A stretch of DNA of 64,000 nucleotides from the NCBI RefSeq assembly GCF_943371775.1, contig NZ_CALRWD010000015.1:5021-69020 (forward strand), read 5' to 3'. The notes under the pieces were generated by a model. That model searched no databases. It worked only from the letters and a program-made list of their open reading frames with translations, and was not told the DNA's origin. This DNA is from Nocardioides psychrotolerans (lineage in GTDB: Bacteria > Actinomycetota > Actinomycetes > Propionibacteriales > Nocardioidaceae). Below are positions 45,801-58,644 of this stretch, one piece after another. Each line of letters starts with the position of its first letter. The first letter of the stretch is position 1. Position numbers and translations under genes: made by a program.

Positions 45801-46579
45801 ATGTCCGTGCTCGACGACATCGTCGACGGGGTGCGGATCGACCTCGCGAAGCGCGAGTCGGCGGTCTCGATGGCCGACCTGCGGGCAGCCCTCGCCGACG
45901 TCGAGCCGGCCCGCGACCCGATGCCGCACTTCCGCGCGCCGGGCTCCAGCGTGATCGCGGAGGTCAAGCGGCGCAGCCCCAGCAAGGGCGACCTGGCCGA
46001 CATCCCCGACCCCGCGGCCCTCGCCGTGGAGTACGCCGCCGGGGGAGCTGCCGCGATCAGCGTGCTCACCGAGCAGCGGCGCTTCGGCGGCAGCCTCGAC
46101 GACCTACGCGCCGTGCGGGCGGCCGTCGACACGCCCCTGCTCCGCAAGGACTTCATGGTCACGAGCTACCAGGTGGTCGAGGCCCGCGCCGCCGGTGCCG
46201 ACCTGGTCCTGCTGATCGTGGCCTCGCTCGACGACGACACCCTGCGCCGCCTCCACAACGAGGCTCGCGACCTGGGCATGACCGTGCTGGTCGAGGTGCA
46301 CGACGAGGCCGAGACCGAGCGCGCCGTCGCCCTCGGTGCCGAGCTGATCGGCGTCAACGCGCGCAACCTCAAGACGCTGGCCGTCGACAACGACACCTTT
46401 GCCCGCCTGGCACCGTTGGTGCCCGACGACCGGGTCAAGGTCGCTGAGTCGGGCATCTCCGGCCCACCGGACGTCACCCGCTTCGTCGGCGAGGGGGCCC
46501 GCGTGGTCCTCGTCGGTGAGGCACTCGTCAAGGACGGCGCCCCGCGTGACGCCGTCGCCGCCATGACAGGAGTCCAGGC

Positions 46580-46583
<4 letters not shown>
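45801..46583 (+). CDS. trpC: Indole-3-glycerol phosphate synthase
   Basis: [46 protein letters not shown] upstream. Confidence 0.95.
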
Positions 46584-47820
<1,237 letters not shown>

Positions 47821-47824
<4 letters not shown>

Positions 47825-48660
47825 GCAGCACTGCCCCCACCCTCACCACCAGCACCGCCTTCGAGAAGACTCGTGCCGAGGGCCGTGCGGCCCTGGTCGG
47901 CTACCTACCCGCAGGATTCCCCGACGTGCCCGGCGGCATCGACGCGCTGCGCTGCATGGTCGACTCCGGCTGCGACGTCATCGAGGTCGGCCTGCCCTAC
48001 AGCGACCCGGTCATGGACGGCCCCACCATCCAGCTGGCCGCCCAGCGGGCGCTCGAGGGTGGGGTCCGCACCGCCGACGTCCTGCGCACCGTGGAGGCCG
48101 TCGCCGCCACCGGCACGCCGACCGTCGTCATGACCTACTGGAACCCCGTCGAGCACTACGGCGGCCGCGGCGGTCACGCCCAGAGCGTGGCGCGCTTCGC
48201 CGCCGACCTGGCCAGCGCCGGGGGAGCGGGCCTGATCACGCCCGACCTCACCCCGGACAGCGCGCCGGAGTGGATCGCGGCGGCCGACGAGCACGGGCTC
48301 GACAAGATCTTCCTGGTCGCGCCCTCCTCGACCGAGAGCCGCGTCGCGATGACCACGGCCGCCTGCCGCGGCTTCGTCTACGCCACCGCCGTCATGGGCG
48401 TCACTGGCGCGCGCACGACCACCAGCGACCTCGCCGGCCCGCTGGTCGAGCGCACCAAGGCCACGACCGACCTGCCGGTCTGCGTCGGCCTGGGGGTCAG
48501 CAACGGCGACCAGGCCGCCGAGGTGGCGTCGTACGCCGACGGCGTGATCGTCGGCTCCGCCTTCGTGCGGGCCCTGCTCGACCACGACGACCGGGCCGCC
48601 GGCCTGCGCGCCCTCGCCGCCCTGACGGAGGACCTCGCCGCGGGATGTCGACGTGGTTAG
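47821..48660 (+). CDS. trpA: Tryptophan synthase alpha chain
   Basis: [43 protein letters not shown] 47821 overlaps the trpB stop; GTG 47809 is an alternative start. Confidence 0.9.
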
Positions 48661-49285
48661 GCCGTGGCGCTCGGGTCGGGTGCGCGCCGGCGTCGTGGCC
48701 GCGCTCCTGACAGTGCTCGTGGCCTCCGGCTGCGGGGGTGACGCCAACGCTGACGGCGCGTTCGAGGGCAAGACCCTCGACAACCCGCTCCCGGTGCCGG
48801 ACATCGCCCTGTCCGACACCTCGGGCGACGACTTCTCGCTGGCGGCCGACACCGACAAGCGCCTGAGCCTGGTCTTCTTCGGCTACAGCAACTGCCCCGA
48901 CATCTGCCAGACCGTGATGGCGTCGCTGGCGGGCGCGATCAACCGGCTCGACGACGCCGATCGCGAGCAGGTGGACGTCATCTTCGTGACGACCGACCCC
49001 GCGCGCGACACCGAGACGGCCCTGCGCCGCTACCTTGACCGCTTCAACCCCGACTTCATCGGGCTCACCGGCGACATCGAGACCATCATCGACGTGGGTC
49101 GACCGCTGGCGGTCTACGTCAACGACGGCGTCGAGCTGCCGACGGGCGGCTTCGACCTGGGCGGCCACAGCACCCAGGTCACGGCCATCGACAGCGAGGA
49201 CCAGGCTCCGGTCTACTGGAGCCAGGACACGTCGCAGTCGGAGTTCGCCGACGACATCCACACCCTGCTCGGCGAGGAGCCCTAG
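48653..49285 (+). CDS. SCO1/SenC family thioredoxin-fold lipoprotein
   Basis: Lipobox LVASGC, and a CxxxC in LVFFGYSNCPDICQTVM. Confidence 0.8.
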   Translation: MVRPWRSGRVRAGVVAALLTVLVASGCGGDANADGAFEGKTLDNPLPVPDIALSDTSGDDFSLAADTDKRLSLVFFGYSNCPDICQTVMASLAGAINRLDDADREQVDVIFVTTDPARDTETALRRYLDRFNPDFIGLTGDIETIIDVGRPLAVYVNDGVELPTGGFDLGGHSTQVTAIDSEDQAPVYWSQDTSQSEFADDIHTLLGEEP

Positions 49286-49287
49286 AC

Positions 49288-50229
49288 ATGCTCGACCACG
49301 TGATGCTCACCGCCCTCTCGATCCCCAGCCCCAGCCAGGGCGTCTGGAACATCGGTCCCGTCCCGCTGCGCGGTTATGCCCTGTCGATCATCCTCGGCAT
49401 CGTGGTCGCCATCTGGATCGGTGAGCGCCGCTGGGTGGCGCGCGGAGGTCGCCCCGGGGACGTCCAGGACCTGGCGATCTGGGGTGTGCCCTTCGGCCTG
49501 GTCGGGGCGCGGCTCTACCACGTGGCCACCGACCACGGGCTCTACTTCGGCGACGGCAACAACCCGATCACGGCGCTCTACGTCTGGCGCGGCGGGCTCG
49601 GCATCTGGGGCGGCGTCGCCCTGGGAGCGCTCGGGGTCTACCTCGGCGCCCGGCAGAAGGGCATCAAGCTCCTCCCGGTCCTCGACGCGATGGCACCGGG
49701 CGTGCTGGTCGCGCAGGCGATCGGCCGCTGGGGCAACTGGTTCAACCAGGAGCTCTACGGTCGGCCCACCGACCTGCCGTGGGGCCTCGAGATCGATCCC
49801 AGCAACTACCCGTCGGGACTGACCTTCCCCGAGGGCACGACCTTCCACCCGACCTATCTCTACGAGTTCCTGTGGAACCTCGCGGCCTTCGCGCTGGTGA
49901 TCTGGGCCGACCGGCGCTTCAAGCTCGGTCACGGCCGGGTGATCGCGCTCTACGTCATGGCCTACACCGCCGGGCGCGGCTGGATCGAGGACCTGCGCAT
50001 CGACACCGTCGAGCTCAGCGACGTCGGTGGTCTGCGCTTCAACGTGTGGGTCTCGATCGTGCTGTTCGTCGCCGCGGCGATCTACTTCGTCGTCAGCCTG
50101 CGGCTGCGCCCCGGCCGCGAGGAGGACGTCTGGCGCCCCGGTCGGGGGCCGGACGCCGCCGACGAGGCGGACGCCGTCGACACGCGCGCCACGCCCGCCG
50201 CCGGGAACGGCTCGGAGCCCTCGACCTGA
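49288..50229 (+). CDS. lgt: Prolipoprotein diacylglyceryl transferase
   Basis: IPSPSQGVWNIGPVPLRGYAL, GRWGNWFNQELYGRPT. Confidence 0.95.
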   Translation: MLDHVMLTALSIPSPSQGVWNIGPVPLRGYALSIILGIVVAIWIGERRWVARGGRPGDVQDLAIWGVPFGLVGARLYHVATDHGLYFGDGNNPITALYVWRGGLGIWGGVALGALGVYLGARQKGIKLLPVLDAMAPGVLVAQAIGRWGNWFNQELYGRPTDLPWGLEIDPSNYPSGLTFPEGTTFHPTYLYEFLWNLAAFALVIWADRRFKLGHGRVIALYVMAYTAGRGWIEDLRIDTVELSDVGGLRFNVWVSIVLFVAAAIYFVVSLRLRPGREEDVWRPGRGPDAADEADAVDTRATPAAGNGSEPST

Positions 50230-50367
50230 GGCGTCCACCGCACAGCCGGGGACTGCTCCGCGACGTAACCGGGTGGTAATCTGGAGGCTCCGCCGCGTGG
50301 GCCAATGTCGTCCCTTGCGCCCACACGTTGCAGCCATGTCTGCACATGACGACGACGGGAGAACTCA

Positions 50368-53300
50368 GTGCCCTACTCGCACGCGTTCCCGCCGCCCCAG
50401 GGGCTCTACGACCCCCGCCACGAGAAGGACGCCTGTGGCGTGGCTTTCGTGGCGACCCTCACCGGGGAGGCCAGCCACGACATCGTGGCGAAGGCACTGA
50501 CCGCACTGCGCAACCTCGAGCACCGCGGTGCCGCTGGTGCGGAGCCCAACTCGGGCGACGGCGCCGGCATCCTGATGCAGGTGCCGGACGCTTTCCTGCG
50601 CGCGGTGGTCGACTTCGACCTGCCGCCGGCCCACGCCTATGCCGTCGGCACGGCGTTCCTGCCCGGCGACGAGGCCCACGTCGAGGAGACGCGGCGCCGG
50701 ATCGAGGAGATCGCGGCCGAGGAGGGCCTCGCGGTGCTCGGCTGGCGCGACGTCCCGACCGACCCGTCGATCCTGGGCGCCACCGCCCAGGGCGTGATGC
50801 CGACGTTCAAGCAGGTCTTCGTCGCCGGTGCGACGCAGCGCGTGACGGGCATGTCGCTGGAGCGCATGGCCTTCTGCCTGCGCAAGCGCGCCGAGCGCGA
50901 CACGGACGTCTACTTCCCGTCGCTGTCCTCGCGCACCCTGCTCTACAAGGGCATGCTCACGACCGACCAGCTCGACAACTTCTTCCCCGACCTGGTCGAC
51001 GAGCGCGTCGCCTCGGCGATGGCTGTGGTCCACTCGCGCTTCTCGACCAACACGTTCCCCAGTTGGCCCTTGTCGCACCCGTTCCGGTTCATCGCCCACA
51101 ACGGCGAGATCAACACCGTCATGGGCAACCGCAACTGGATGCGGGCGCGTGAGGCGCTGCTCGCCAGCGACGTCATCCCAGGCGACCTCGAGCGGATCTT
51201 CCCCATCGTCACCCAGGGCGCCTCGGACTCCGCGTCGTTCGACGAGGTGCTCGAGCTGCTCCACATGGGCGGGCGCAGCCTGCCCCACGCGATGCTGATG
51301 ATGATCCCGGAGGCGTGGGAGAACCACACCGAGATGGACGCGAAGCGCCGCGAGTTCTACTCGTTCCACTCCGCGCTGATGGAGCCCTGGGACGGGCCGG
51401 CCTGCGTCGTGTTCACCGACGGCTCCCAGATCGGGGCCGTGCTCGACCGCAACGGCCTGCGCCCCTCGCGCTACTGGGTCACCGACGACGGCCTCGTCGT
51501 CCTGGCCTCCGAGGTCGGGGTGCTCGACCTCGACCCCGCCACGATCGTGCGCAAGGGCCGGCTGCAGCCGGGCCGGATGTTCCTCGTCGACACCGACGAG
51601 CACCGCATCATCGAGGACGAGGAGATCAAGGCCGAGCTCGCCGGGGAGCACCCCTACGGCGAGTGGCTCCACGCCGGCCTGATCCACCTCAACGACATCC
51701 CCGAGCGCGAGCACATCGTGCACACGCACGCCTCGGTGACGCGTCGCCAGCAGATCTTCGGCTACACCGAGGAGGAGCTGCGCGTCCTGCTGACCCCGAT
51801 GGCCAACACCGGGGGAGAGCCGCTGGGCTCCATGGGCACCGACACGCCCATCGCCGCGCTCAGCGACAAGCCCCGGCTGCTGTTCGACTACTTCAGCCAG
51901 CTCTTCGCGCAGGTCACCAACCCGCCGCTCGACGCCATCCGCGAGGAGCTCGTCACCTCGCTCAACGGCACGATCGGCCCGGAGGCCAACCTGCTCGACC
52001 CGACCCCGGCCTCGTGCCGCCAGGTCGTGCTGCCCTTCCCGGTCATCTCCAACGACGACCTGGCCAAGATCCGCCACATCAACCGTGACGGCGACATGCC
52101 CGGCTTCATCACCCACGTCGCCCGCGGCCTCTACGAGGTCGAGGGCGGGGGCGGCTCGCTCGCGCACCGCATCGAGGAGATCTGCGCCGAGGTGTCGCAG
52201 GCGATCTCCGACGGTGCCCGGATCATCGTGCTCTCCGACCGTCACTCGACCGCGGAGCTCGCCCCGATCCCGTCGCTGCTGCTCACCGCGGCCGTCCACC
52301 ACCACCTGGTCCGCGAGAAGACCCGCACCCAGGTCGGCCTGCTCGTCGAGGCCGGTGACGTCCGCGAGGTGCACCACGTCGCGCTGCTCGTCGGCTACGG
52401 CGCGGCTGCGGTCAACCCCTACCTCGCCATGGAGTCCGTCGAGGACCTCGCCCGCGAGGGTTACTACGTCAAGACCGAGCCCGAGACGGCCGTGGCCAAC
52501 CTCATCAAGGCACTGGGCAAGGGCGTCCTGAAGGTCATGTCCAAGATGGGCGTCTCCACCGTGGCGTCCTACACCGGCGCGCAGATCTTCGAGGCCATCG
52601 GGCTCTCGCAGTCCGTGGTCGACTCCTACTTCACCGGCACCACGTCCAAGCTCGGCGGCATCGAGCTGGACACCATCGCCGAGGAGGTCGCCCGTCGCCA
52701 CGCCACGGCCTACCCCCGGGGCGGGATCCTGCCCGCCCACCGGGAGCTGGCCGTCGGTGGGGAGTACCAGTGGCGTCGCGAGGGCGAGCCGCACCTCTTC
52801 GACCCGGAGACGGTCTTCCGCCTCCAGCACGCGACGCGCACCGGTCGTTACGACATCTTCAAGCAGTACACCGCTGCGATCGACGAGCAGTCCGAGCGGC
52901 TCATGACGCTGCGCGGCCTGTTCCGCTTCCGTGACGCCGACGAGGTCGGCCGCCAGCCCATCGCGATCGACGAGGTCGAGCCGGTCTCCGAGATCGTCAA
53001 GCGCTTCTCGACCGGGGCCATGTCCTACGGTTCCATCAGCAAGGAGGCGCACGAGACCCTCGCGATCGCCATGAACCGGCTGGGCGGCAAGTCCAACACC
53101 GGTGAGGGCGGCGAGGACGCCGAGCGGCTCTACGACCCCGAGCGCCGCAGCTCGATCAAGCAGGTCGCCTCGGGTCGCTTCGGGGTGACGTCGGAATACC
53201 TCACCAACGCCGACGACATCCAGATCAAGATGGCGCAGGGGGCCAAGCCCGGCGAAGGCGGCCAGCTGCCCGGCAACAAGGTCTACCCGTGGGTGGCCAA

Positions 53301-54918
53301 GACGCGTTACTCCACGCCGGGCGTGGGCCTCATCAGCCCGCCGCCGCACCACGACATCTACTCCATCGAGGATCTCGCCCAGCTGATCCACGACCTCAAG
53401 AACGCCAACCCGGCGGCGCGGGTCCACGTCAAGCTGGTCTCCGAGGTCGGGGTCGGCACGGTCGCAGCGGGGGTCTCCAAGGCTCACGCCGACGTCGTGC
53501 TCATCTCCGGACACGACGGCGGCACCGGCGCCTCGCCGCTGACGTCGCTCAAGCACGCCGGTGGACCGTGGGAGCTCGGCCTCGCCGAGACGCAGCAGAC
53601 GCTGCTCCTCAACGGTCTGCGCGACCGCATCGTCGTGCAGGCCGACGGTCAGCTCAAGACCGGTCGTGACGTCGTCATCGCCGCGTTGCTGGGCGCCGAG
53701 GAGTTCGGCTTCGCGACCGCGCCGTTGGTGGTCTCGGGCTGCATCCTCATGCGGGTCTGCCACCTCGACACCTGCCCCGTCGGCGTCGCCACGCAGAACC
53801 CCGTCCTGCGCGAGCGCTTCTCCGGCAAGGCCGAGTACATCGTCAACTTCTTCACCTACATCGCCGAGGAGGTCCGCGAGCTGCTCGCGCAGCTCGGCTT
53901 CCGCACCCTCGACGAGGCCATCGGCCAGGTGGGGGCACTGGACGTCGCGCACGCGGTGGAGCACTGGAAGGCCTCCGGTCTCGACGTGACCCCGATCCTG
54001 CACGCGCCCGACACGAGCGCGTTCCCCGACCAGGACCTGCGCTGCACCAAGACCCAGGACCACGGCCTGGAGCGCTCGCTCGACGTGACCGAGCTCGTGC
54101 CGCTGGCGCAGCCGGCCATCGAGAGCGGTGAGCCGGTCCGCGCCCAGGTCGCGATCCGCAACGTCAACCGCACCGTCGGCACGATCCTCGGCCACGAGGT
54201 CACCAAGAAGTACGGCGGCGAGGGTCTCCCCGAGGGCACGATCGACCTGACCTTCCTCGGGTCGGCCGGCCAGTCGTTCGGCGCGTTCCTGCCCCAGGGC
54301 GTCACCCTGCGGCTCGAGGGCGATGCCAACGACTACGTCGGCAAGGGGCTCTCGGGCGGCCGGATCGTCGTGCGCCCCGACCGGGCGGCGACGTTCAACA
54401 GCAACGAGCAGATCATCGCCGGCAACACGATCGCCTACGGCGCGACCAGCGGGCAGATCTTCCTGCGCGGTGGCTGCGGCGAGCGCTTCGCGGTGCGCAA
54501 CTCCGGTGCCTGGTTGGTGTCCGAGGGCGTGGGCGACCACGGCTGCGAGTACATGACCGGTGGCCGGGTGGTCGTCCTGGGCAAGACAGGGCGCAACTTC
54601 GCGGCCGGCATGTCCGGCGGCGTCGCCTGGGTGCTGGACCTCAAGGAGTTCCGCGTCAACCGCGAGCTCGTCGAGCTCGGCCCCGTCACCGGTGACGCGG
54701 CCGTCGAGCTGGAGACGATGGTCCGCGGGCACTTCGAGGAGACCGGCTCGCCGGTCGCCGAGGAGCTGCTCGCCGACTGGGACACGGCACTGACCCGCTT
54801 CACCGAGGTCATGCCCCGTGACTACCGGATCGTGCTCGAGGCCAAGGCGAAGGCCGAGGCCGACGGGCTGGATGAGAACGAGATCGCCCACGCGATGATG
54901 GAGGCGCTCCATGGCTGA
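50368..54918 (+). CDS. gltB: Glutamate synthase large subunit
   Basis: N-terminal amidotransferase with CGVAFVA, plus FMN and GXGXG domains. 1516 aa. Confidence 0.97.
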   Translation: MPYSHAFPPPQGLYDPRHEKDACGVAFVATLTGEASHDIVAKALTALRNLEHRGAAGAEPNSGDGAGILMQVPDAFLRAVVDFDLPPAHAYAVGTAFLPGDEAHVEETRRRIEEIAAEEGLAVLGWRDVPTDPSILGATAQGVMPTFKQVFVAGATQRVTGMSLERMAFCLRKRAERDTDVYFPSLSSRTLLYKGMLTTDQLDNFFPDLVDERVASAMAVVHSRFSTNTFPSWPLSHPFRFIAHNGEINTVMGNRNWMRAREALLASDVIPGDLERIFPIVTQGASDSASFDEVLELLHMGGRSLPHAMLMMIPEAWENHTEMDAKRREFYSFHSALMEPWDGPACVVFTDGSQIGAVLDRNGLRPSRYWVTDDGLVVLASEVGVLDLDPATIVRKGRLQPGRMFLVDTDEHRIIEDEEIKAELAGEHPYGEWLHAGLIHLNDIPEREHIVHTHASVTRRQQIFGYTEEELRVLLTPMANTGGEPLGSMGTDTPIAALSDKPRLLFDYFSQLFAQVTNPPLDAIREELVTSLNGTIGPEANLLDPTPASCRQVVLPFPVISNDDLAKIRHINRDGDMPGFITHVARGLYEVEGGGGSLAHRIEEICAEVSQAISDGARIIVLSDRHSTAELAPIPSLLLTAAVHHHLVREKTRTQVGLLVEAGDVREVHHVALLVGYGAAAVNPYLAMESVEDLAREGYYVKTEPETAVANLIKALGKGVLKVMSKMGVSTVASYTGAQIFEAIGLSQSVVDSYFTGTTSKLGGIELDTIAEEVARRHATAYPRGGILPAHRELAVGGEYQWRREGEPHLFDPETVFRLQHATRTGRYDIFKQYTAAIDEQSERLMTLRGLFRFRDADEVGRQPIAIDEVEPVSEIVKRFSTGAMSYGSISKEAHETLAIAMNRLGGKSNTGEGGEDAERLYDPERRSSIKQVASGRFGVTSEYLTNADDIQIKMAQGAKPGEGGQLPGNKVYPWVAKTRYSTPGVGLISPPPHHDIYSIEDLAQLIHDLKNANPAARVHVKLVSEVGVGTVAAGVSKAHADVVLISGHDGGTGASPLTSLKHAGGPWELGLAETQQTLLLNGLRDRIVVQADGQLKTGRDVVIAALLGAEEFGFATAPLVVSGCILMRVCHLDTCPVGVATQNPVLRERFSGKAEYIVNFFTYIAEEVRELLAQLGFRTLDEAIGQVGALDVAHAVEHWKASGLDVTPILHAPDTSAFPDQDLRCTKTQDHGLERSLDVTELVPLAQPAIESGEPVRAQVAIRNVNRTVGTILGHEVTKKYGGEGLPEGTIDLTFLGSAGQSFGAFLPQGVTLRLEGDANDYVGKGLSGGRIVVRPDRAATFNSNEQIIAGNTIAYGATSGQIFLRGGCGERFAVRNSGAWLVSEGVGDHGCEYMTGGRVVVLGKTGRNFAAGMSGGVAWVLDLKEFRVNRELVELGPVTGDAAVELETMVRGHFEETGSPVAEELLADWDTALTRFTEVMPRDYRIVLEAKAKAEADGLDENEIAHAMMEALHG

Positions 54919-56389
54919 CCCGAAGGGATTCCTCAAGGAGGGCCGCGAGGTCGCGAAGCGACGTCCGGTCGACGAGCGGGTCCACGACTGGAACGAGGTC
55001 TACCCCGATGGCATCGGGAGGGCCCTTCTGCCGATCATCGGCAAGCAGGCCGGTCGCTGCATGGACTGCGGCATCCCGTTCTGCCACCAGGGCTGCCCGC
55101 TGGGCAACATCATCCCGGAGTGGAACGACCTGGTCTGGCGCGACGACTGGGAGGGCGCCATCGAGCGTCTCCACGCGACCAACAACTTCCCGGAGTTCAC
55201 CGGGCGGCTGTGTCCCGCCCCGTGCGAGACCGCGTGCGTGCTCGGCATCAACCAGGACCCTGTGACCATCAAGAACGTCGAGGTCTCGATCATCGACAAG
55301 GCCTGGGAGTCGGGCTTCGTCCGGCCCCAGCCGCCGGAGTGGCTCTCCGGCCGCACGGTCGCGGTGATCGGCTCCGGCCCCGCGGGCCTGGCTGCTGCCC
55401 AGCAGCTGACCCGGGCCGGTCACACCGTCGCCGTCTACGAGCGGGCCGACAAGATCGGCGGGCTGCTGCGCTACGGCATCCCCGAGTTCAAGATGGAGAA
55501 GAAGCACGTCGAGCGCCGCATCGAGCAGATGAAGCGCGAGGGCACGGTCTTCCGTGCCGGTGTCGACGTGGGCGTCGAGCTCACCGGCGACAAGCTGCGC
55601 GAGCGCTACGACGCCGTCGTGATCGCCACGGGCTCGACGGTCGCTCGCGACCTCGACGTGCCGGGGCGCGAGCTCTCCGGGATCCACCAGGCCATGGAGT
55701 TCCTGCCCCAGGCCAACCGCGTGGCGCTCGGCGAGGCTGCGACGTCGGACGGCTCGGACCAGATCCGCGCCGACGGCAAGCACGTCGTCATCATCGGCGG
55801 CGGTGACACCGGCGCCGACTGCCTGGGCACGTCGACGCGCCAGGGTGCCGCCTCCATCACGCAGCTCGAGATCATGCCCGAGCCGCCGGAGGCACGTCCC
55901 GCCGGTCAGCCGTGGCCGACCTACCCGATGACCTTCCGCGTCTCCTCGGCGCACGAGGAGGCGGGGGAGCGGGTCTACGCGGTCTCGACCAAGGAGTTCC
56001 TCGGCGACGAGCACGGCAACGTGCGGGCCCTGAGCCTGGTCGACGTGGTCTTCGAGGGGGGCAAGCTGACCGAGATCGAGGGCAGCGAGCGCGAGATCCC
56101 CGCCGAGCTGGTGCTCTTCGCCATGGGCTTCACCGGGCCGGAGAAGCAGGGCCTGGTCGAGCAGCTGGGCGTCGACCTGGACGAGCGCGGCAACGTCGCG
56201 CGCGACACGTCCTACATGTCGTCGGTGCCCGGCGTGTTCGTCGCCGGTGACGCCGGGCGCGGTCAGTCGCTCATCGTGTGGGCGATCGCCGAGGGCCGGG
56301 CCGCCGCCGCCGGTGTCGACACGTTCCTCACGGGCTCGACCACGCTGCCGGCGCCGATCCCGCCCACCGCTCGACCCCTGGTGGTCTGA
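54911..56389 (+). CDS. gltD: Glutamate synthase small subunit
   Basis: Cys clusters CMDCGIPFC and CPAPCETAC. Dinucleotide folds [14 protein letters not shown] and [12 protein letters not shown]. Confidence 0.95.
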   Translation: MADPKGFLKEGREVAKRRPVDERVHDWNEVYPDGIGRALLPIIGKQAGRCMDCGIPFCHQGCPLGNIIPEWNDLVWRDDWEGAIERLHATNNFPEFTGRLCPAPCETACVLGINQDPVTIKNVEVSIIDKAWESGFVRPQPPEWLSGRTVAVIGSGPAGLAAAQQLTRAGHTVAVYERADKIGGLLRYGIPEFKMEKKHVERRIEQMKREGTVFRAGVDVGVELTGDKLRERYDAVVIATGSTVARDLDVPGRELSGIHQAMEFLPQANRVALGEAATSDGSDQIRADGKHVVIIGGGDTGADCLGTSTRQGAASITQLEIMPEPPEARPAGQPWPTYPMTFRVSSAHEEAGERVYAVSTKEFLGDEHGNVRALSLVDVVFEGGKLTEIEGSEREIPAELVLFAMGFTGPEKQGLVEQLGVDLDERGNVARDTSYMSSVPGVFVAGDAGRGQSLIVWAIAEGRAAAAGVDTFLTGSTTLPAPIPPTARPLVV

Positions 56390-56398
56390 CCCTCCACG

Positions 56399-56458
56399 GC
56401 CGAGTCGGCGCAATGTTGCAGTAGCCCCCGGGCATCCGCACCATGGCGCCGACTCGGC
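56399..56458. repeat. Solo copy of the GAGTCGGCGCAATGTTGCA element forming a 13-bp-stem hairpin after gltD
   Basis: gccgagtcggcgc (56399-56411) pairs with gcgccgactcggc (56446-58). The first 21 nt are identical to the 34741 repeat unit. Confidence 0.8.
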
Positions 56459-56526
56459 TGACGTCATTTGGGCGAACGCTCGGTCAACGCTGCTTGGATC
56501 GATCAAAGAGCCGCTAAGGTGGGTCC

Positions 56527-57990
56527 GTGCGTAGAGCAAAGATCGTCTGCACCCTGGGCCCCGCGACCAACACCGAACGGCGTATCCGTGAGCTCGTCTA
56601 TGCCGGGATGGACGTCGCCCGGCTCAACATGAGCCACGGCAGCCACGAGGACCACGCGGAGGCCTACCGTCTCGTCCGGGAGGCGGCTGATGCCAGCGGC
56701 CACGGGGTCGGCATCTTCGCCGACCTCCAGGGCCCCAAGATCCGGTTGGAGACCTTCGCCGACGGCCCGGTCCAGCTGCGACGCGGCCAGGTCTGGACGA
56801 TCACCACCCGTGACGTGCCGGGTGACGCGGTGATCTGCGGGACGACGTACAAGGGACTGCCGGGCGACGTCAGCATCGGCGACCCGATCCTGATCGACGA
56901 CGGCAAGGTGCGCCTGCGGGTGACGGCCGTCGACGACACCGACGTGACGTGCGAGGTGCTGGTCGGGGGCAAGGTCAGCAACAACAAGGGCATCAACCTG
57001 CCCGGTGTGGCCGTCTCGGTGCCGGCGCTCTCGGAGAAGGACATCGACGACCTGCGCTTCGCGCTGAGCCTGTCGGTCGACTTCATCGCGCTGAGCTTCG
57101 TGCGCAACGCCGCCGACGTCGAGGACGTGCGGCGGATCATGGACGAGGAGGGCGTGCGCCTCCCGGTCATCGCGAAGATCGAGAAGCCTCAGGCGATCGA
57201 CAACCTCGACGAGATCGTCGCCGCCTTCGACGGCTTCATGGTCGCGCGCGGTGATCTCGGGGTCGAGTGCCCGCTCGAGGACGTGCCCTTCCTGCAGAAG
57301 CAGATCATCGAGAAGGCGCGGCTCAACGCCAAGCCGGTGATCGTGGCCACGCAGATGCTGGAGTCGATGATCACCAGTCCCTCGCCGACGCGCGCGGAGA
57401 CCAGCGACGTGGCCAACGCGGTGCTCGACGGCGCCGACGCGGTGATGCTGTCGGGGGAGACGAGCGTGGGGGAGCACCCGATCCACGTCGTGGAGACCAT
57501 GGCCCGCATCATCAGCGCCACCGAGCGCCACGCGTTGGAGCCGCGCGAGTTCGGTCAGTTCGAGACGATCGACTGGGACCCTCACACGCGTGGTGGCGTG
57601 ATCTCCAAGGCGGCCGACGAGGTCGCGACGCGCGTGGGTGCGTCCTACGTCGTGGCCTTCACGCAGAGCGGCGACTCCGCGCGCCGCATGTCGCGGCTGC
57701 GGGGTCCCATCCCGGTGCTGGCCTTCACGCCCGAGGCGCGGGTGCGTTCGCAGCTCTCGCTGACGTGGGGGGTGGAGACGTTCAAGACGTCGGCGGTGGA
57801 CCACACCGACGAGATGGTGCGCCAGGTCGACGAGCAGCTGCTGCAGATCGGGCGGGTCGAGGAGGGTGACCTGGTGGTCATCATCGCGGGCAGCCCTCCG
57901 GGCATCCCGGGCTCGACCAACGCGCTGCGCATCCACCGGATGGGCGACGCCATCAACGAGGTGGCCCCGGCCTACCAGCGCCAGGGATGA
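56527..57990 (+). CDS. pyk: Pyruvate kinase
   Basis: RRAKIVCTLGPAT, MDVARLNMSHG, IAKIEKPQA, MVARGDLGVE, ATQMLESM. Confidence 0.95.
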   Translation: MRRAKIVCTLGPATNTERRIRELVYAGMDVARLNMSHGSHEDHAEAYRLVREAADASGHGVGIFADLQGPKIRLETFADGPVQLRRGQVWTITTRDVPGDAVICGTTYKGLPGDVSIGDPILIDDGKVRLRVTAVDDTDVTCEVLVGGKVSNNKGINLPGVAVSVPALSEKDIDDLRFALSLSVDFIALSFVRNAADVEDVRRIMDEEGVRLPVIAKIEKPQAIDNLDEIVAAFDGFMVARGDLGVECPLEDVPFLQKQIIEKARLNAKPVIVATQMLESMITSPSPTRAETSDVANAVLDGADAVMLSGETSVGEHPIHVVETMARIISATERHALEPREFGQFETIDWDPHTRGGVISKAADEVATRVGASYVVAFTQSGDSARRMSRLRGPIPVLAFTPEARVRSQLSLTWGVETFKTSAVDHTDEMVRQVDEQLLQIGRVEEGDLVVIIAGSPPGIPGSTNALRIHRMGDAINEVAPAYQRQG

Positions 57991-58023
57991 TCGCCGGCGC
58001 CCCGGTCGGGTTAGGGTCGACCG

Positions 58024-58644
58024 ATGGCCAGACGAGACGGTGGAGCTGACGACTCGACGGGGGAGCTCCGGCTGAGGTGGTTCGCCACCCTGCTGTCGCG
58101 CTTCGCCGCAGGATCGATGATCGACCTGGGGTCCGGGCACGGGTTGTTCGCCCAGCACGCGGCCGACCAGGGATGGCGGGTGACGGCCCAGGACGCTCGG
58201 GGTGACCGCTTCCCCCAGGACGACCGGATCACGTGGGAGGTCTCCGACGTCCGTGACCTCGACCTGTCCGGCTTCGACCTGATCTCCTGCCTCGGCCTCT
58301 TCTACCACCTCACGCTCGAGGACCAGCTCTCGCTGCTCGACCGGTCGCGCGGGGTTCCGCTCATCCTCGACACGCACGTCGCCAACGAGCGTCCAGCGCC
58401 CATGACGCTGTCGGAGCCGGTCGCCCCGCAGGGCTACCGCGGTCGCTACTACCGCGAGCCGGACCAGGCGACGCACTCCACCGCGTCCTGGGGCAACGAG
58501 GACTCCTTCTGGCCGCGGCCCCAGGCGCTCTACCGCATGCTCGACGAGCGGGACTACGACGTCATGGCCTCGGTGCCGTTCTACCTCCCCACCCGCACCT
58601 TCTTCCTGTGCCTGCCCCGGGAGGGCGCGGCCGTCACTGCTTGA
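58024..58644 (+). CDS. Class I SAM-dependent methyltransferase
   Basis: Motif I MIDLGSGHGLFA, post-I QDARG, and LISCLGLFYHL. Confidence 0.75.
   Translation: MARRDGGADDSTGELRLRWFATLLSRFAAGSMIDLGSGHGLFAQHAADQGWRVTAQDARGDRFPQDDRITWEVSDVRDLDLSGFDLISCLGLFYHLTLEDQLSLLDRSRGVPLILDTHVANERPAPMTLSEPVAPQGYRGRYYREPDQATHSTASWGNEDSFWPRPQALYRMLDERDYDVMASVPFYLPTRTFFLCLPREGAAVTA

Noticed and set aside
50265-50280. GlnR-like site GTAAC-n6-GTAAT upstream of gltB.
   Set aside because: Only one half matches gTnAc, the second pentamer does not match GaAAc, and there is no second pair. The evidence is too weak to call without a matrix scan.
50365-54936. 1523-aa ORF antisense to gltB. Similar very long antisense ORFs lie at 17167-19761, 21606-24404, 26665-28596, 30894-34388, 35377-37500, 39901-41604, 46166-47692, 56503-58476 and 60509-62233.
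   Set aside because: These are shadow ORFs typical of about 70 percent GC DNA. Their translations are Arg/Gly/Ala/Asp/Val-rich low-complexity sequence and span several unrelated genes. The opposite strand encodes proteins with unmistakable conserved motifs.
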